64,000 nt of DNA from Hyphochytrium catenoides (lineage: Eukaryota > Protista > Hyphochytriomycota): positions 1-64,000 of the forward strand of contig FLMG01000904.1 in assembly GCA_900088475.1 (NCBI GenBank), written 5' to 3'. Both the position numbers and the translations under genes were made by a program. The notes beneath the pieces were generated by a model, which was given only the letters and a program-made list of their open reading frames with translations, was not told the origin of the DNA and did no database searches. Positions 60,410-64,000 of this stretch are shown here, piece after piece (position 1 is the stretch's first letter; every line of letters begins with the position of its first letter).

Positions 60410-61260
60410 ATGGGAGCGGAGTTTAACCCTCTATGGTTCAGCACCATCCAACCATGCCTGTTATTTCCCTTACTCCTTACAAGAAAGGTGATAACTTTCA
60501 GAATCGATGAGCGACAATCGTTCCTTGGTATAACAAAGCGCCAATTTGCTAGCACCTTGGTGAAGCAAACTCCCTTGATGGATGGCGTCCAGGTCGGGAT
60601 GTCAATGAGCGGCATCCTCTTATAAGCTCTGCTATGTTAACTATTGCATTAAGCGTCATAACAAAAGCTCCTAGTTGTCTTCCAGGTGGGTTCCCACCAC
60701 TTTCTGTCAAAGGAGGTCCCATTATCGCTAAGTTCGCTCACTAATGCCGCGTGTATTACTCTTAAGTAGGTGACATCAAAAGCCAAGCGCTTCGGGTTCA
60801 CAGCGAAGCAGCACTAGTCTCATAATCAGCTTCAGATCGTTTACGCTCACTCCTCTAGGTGGGGCTTGTAGCGTCCGTTCACGGATTATTAACGAACACA
60901 AGTGCTTGCAAGGTACTTCCACGCATAACTGCCTGGTCTTACACTCCGCCAGGAATAGTTCTGGAATTTAGCCCCGTAAGAGGGTCCACGGTGAGCGCTG
61001 ATCGTGGATTGATGGAGGTCTACTTATCCCGTGAGCAAGCCCCTACCATGGATGCATGCAAGGGAACATCTAATAGGTGTTGTCCCTCAAAGTGCACCGC
61101 TACTGCCAACAAACTCTTGGCAACTGGCGGGCAACGAGATCGCTCCCTTCTACATCAAGCAGAGCCATACTATATAAAGCTATTTCATCCTGATGAGGAG
61201 ATGACGGTGGAGTGGAGAGCAGAAGGGGATAGCCTACACATGACTCTTCAAAAGTTATAA
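60410..61260 (+). other. Possible small spliced gene, unresolved
   Basis: A 133-codon open frame at 60859..61260 is preceded by a TAG acceptor-like site, with candidate upstream exons. I recognise no family, and short minus-strand ORFs are also present. Confidence 0.2.
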
Positions 61261-61663
61261 AGATCTGATGGATGTCAAGCTGTAACCTTCATTCTACAGA
61301 GAACCTGGCCTGATGGCCTGATGATCAGATTCATTATAGGAACATTCCTGTCGTGGATAGAGTTTTTGCTTGTTGACTTATCAGGAATGGAAGTCGTTCT
61401 TACATTCTGTCCAGGTCCAGGCAGCAACGAGCTCAATAAATCTCTTGAAGTGAGAAAGAAAGTGAAGATCGTAACACTTAGCCCAGTATAGTTGAACTTC
61501 CCCATCAGAGACCTTGGACCAAACCTCATCATTGCCACTTGGCAAAGGAGTCGGCTTTGTGCTGAATATAGGCGAAGCCTATCTATCAAGAGGTCGCTGC
61601 TCTTGCGGCGCTCTTAGACGGCAGGAATAGGGGAATACTACGGTTCGAGAACCACGACGATTA

Positions 61664-64000
<2,337 letters not shown>

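Noticed and set aside
60900-61260. Faint Whirly-like motifs (IVLEFSP, WQLAGNEI, KLFHPD)
   Set aside because: The motifs fall in different frames and cannot be joined without invoking sequence errors; the resemblance is too weak.

Overview
Gene-dense eukaryotic genomic DNA (about 50% GC, standard genetic code, many short GT-AG introns, four N-gaps) from a flagellated protist. A stramenopile fits best, but that is my inference from gene content and style, not a search result. Genes in order: a single-pass membrane protein with a CBM1-like knot (+); a multi-exon axonemal inner-arm dynein heavy chain, DNAH1-like (-), head-to-head with IFT81 (+); an RNI-like LRR protein (-); a large IQ/EF-hand/C2H2 protein (+); a large ARM-repeat protein (-); a small protein with a PP1-docking motif (-); a giant protein kinase with phosphatase-like and Cys-rich C-terminal domains (+); an MFSD12-like transporter (-); a PARL-like rhomboid protease (-); SF3B1 with an intronless CDS (+); and the 5' part of an AROM-type DHQS-EPSPS fusion (+). 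I found no rRNA, tRNA, CRISPR array or recognisable transposon. The best novelty candidates are protein architectures: kinase-pseudophosphatase-Zn domain, a CBM1 surface sensor, an SH3b-like insert in an LRR, iterated EF-hand/zinc-finger modules, and a neurabin/Phactr-like PP1 motif. A Trp-to-Gly change near the SF3B1 branch-site region is also worth checking. Exon junctions were inferred by eye and domain calls rest on recalled motifs.
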